The position numbers were made by a program, and so were the translations under genes. From positions 1,202-65,201 of the IMG/VR virus record IMGVR_UViG_3300021430_000310: a DNA stretch of 64,000 bases, one strand, 5' to 3'. A model generated the notes under the pieces. The model was not told the DNA's origin, did not search any database, and was given only the letters and a program-made list of their open reading frames with translations. Positions within the stretch are counted from its first letter, which is position 1. Each line of letters starts with the position of its first letter. Origin of the DNA: a virus (lineage: Duplodnaviria > Caudoviricetes). Positions 63,632 through 64,000 of this stretch are shown here, piece after piece.

Positions 63632-64000
63632 TCACTTGCGTCCGCTGATGGGACTCTTGGTGTTCACAGCGCCGTAACCTGCACTTGTGCCCTTGTTGAG
63701 CAGAGCTCCTGCGTCGCCTTCCTTGCTCACAGGGTGTTTGCCCTGGTCAGCATCCTTACGACGGTTGGTTAGACCCATGTGCTTGCTGTCTGGTGCTGAC
63801 TGTCTGTCATAACCAGATGCTTTTGGACCTTGGCCAGTCTTGACTGGACGTGCTCCCATGTGATCAGTCTGAGTTGTGGGCACAGGTGATCTTGTGTTGG
63901 TTTCTGAGGGTGCAAACTTGCCGGCACCCACTTCTCCGCCCTTGGCTGCATGCACAGTTTCCAGGTCCACATTTTCACTCAGATCATCATACTCTTCTTC
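63632..64000 (-). CDS. 3' part of a probable prohead core protein (runs off the right edge)
   Basis: Low-complexity G/K/S/D-rich C-terminus ending NTKSPI, immediately upstream of the protease. Confidence 0.6.
   Translation of the reverse strand, partial: EEEYDDLSENVDLETVHAAKGGEVGAGKFAPSETNTRSPVPTTQTDHMGARPVKTGQGPKASGYDRQSAPDSKHMGLTNRRKDADQGKHPVSKEGDAGALLNKGTSAGYGAVNTKSPISGRK

Noticed and set aside
1-64000. Stop-codon reassignment, considered because of the many short ORFs
   Set aside because: All long core genes (gp17, gp18, gp23, uvsW, uvsX) are uninterrupted in code 11, and the short ORFs have their own RBS or coupled starts.
1-64000. tRNA genes, CRISPR arrays, rRNA, group I introns
   Set aside because: I saw no T-loop/cloverleaf signatures, no regularly spaced direct repeats and no intron-interrupted core genes. 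The recurring intergenic repeats are promoters. A tRNAscan/Infernal run would be needed for certainty.

Overview
This window is part of a large T4-superfamily (jumbo-like) myophage genome read in the standard genetic code. The core modules are replication/recombination (mini DnaE-like protein, gp62-like clamp-loader subunit, UvsW, UvsY, UvsX, gp32, dNMP kinase), packaging (gp17, probable small terminase, gp4), tail/neck (gp18, gp19, gp13, gp14, gp15) and head (gp21, gp22, gp23). Between them lie two accessory islands of small early genes (about 8.4-26.3 kb and 47.5-51.3 kb), punctuated by about 22 near-identical sigma70-type promoters. Late genes are preceded by TAAATA. The standout feature is a fractured radical SAM gene (3356-6180). 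A naturally split intein (98-aa IntN, 35-aa IntC) interrupts the CxxxCxxC iron-sulfur motif. A free-standing HNH endonuclease sits between the halves, with its own late promoter and RBS-occluding hairpin, and its last codons supply the RBS of the downstream half. Other candidates for undescribed biology are: a three-gene restriction-modification-like cassette whose two methyltransferase ORFs look complementary; an RlmN-like enzyme lacking the resolving cysteine; a roughly 53-aa C-terminal module shared by two unrelated early proteins; a small ORF ending in a conserved copy of a major capsid peptide; an RNA repair kit; and strong CpG depletion with GC-rich islands at early genes. All family assignments come from motif recognition by eye; no database searches were run.
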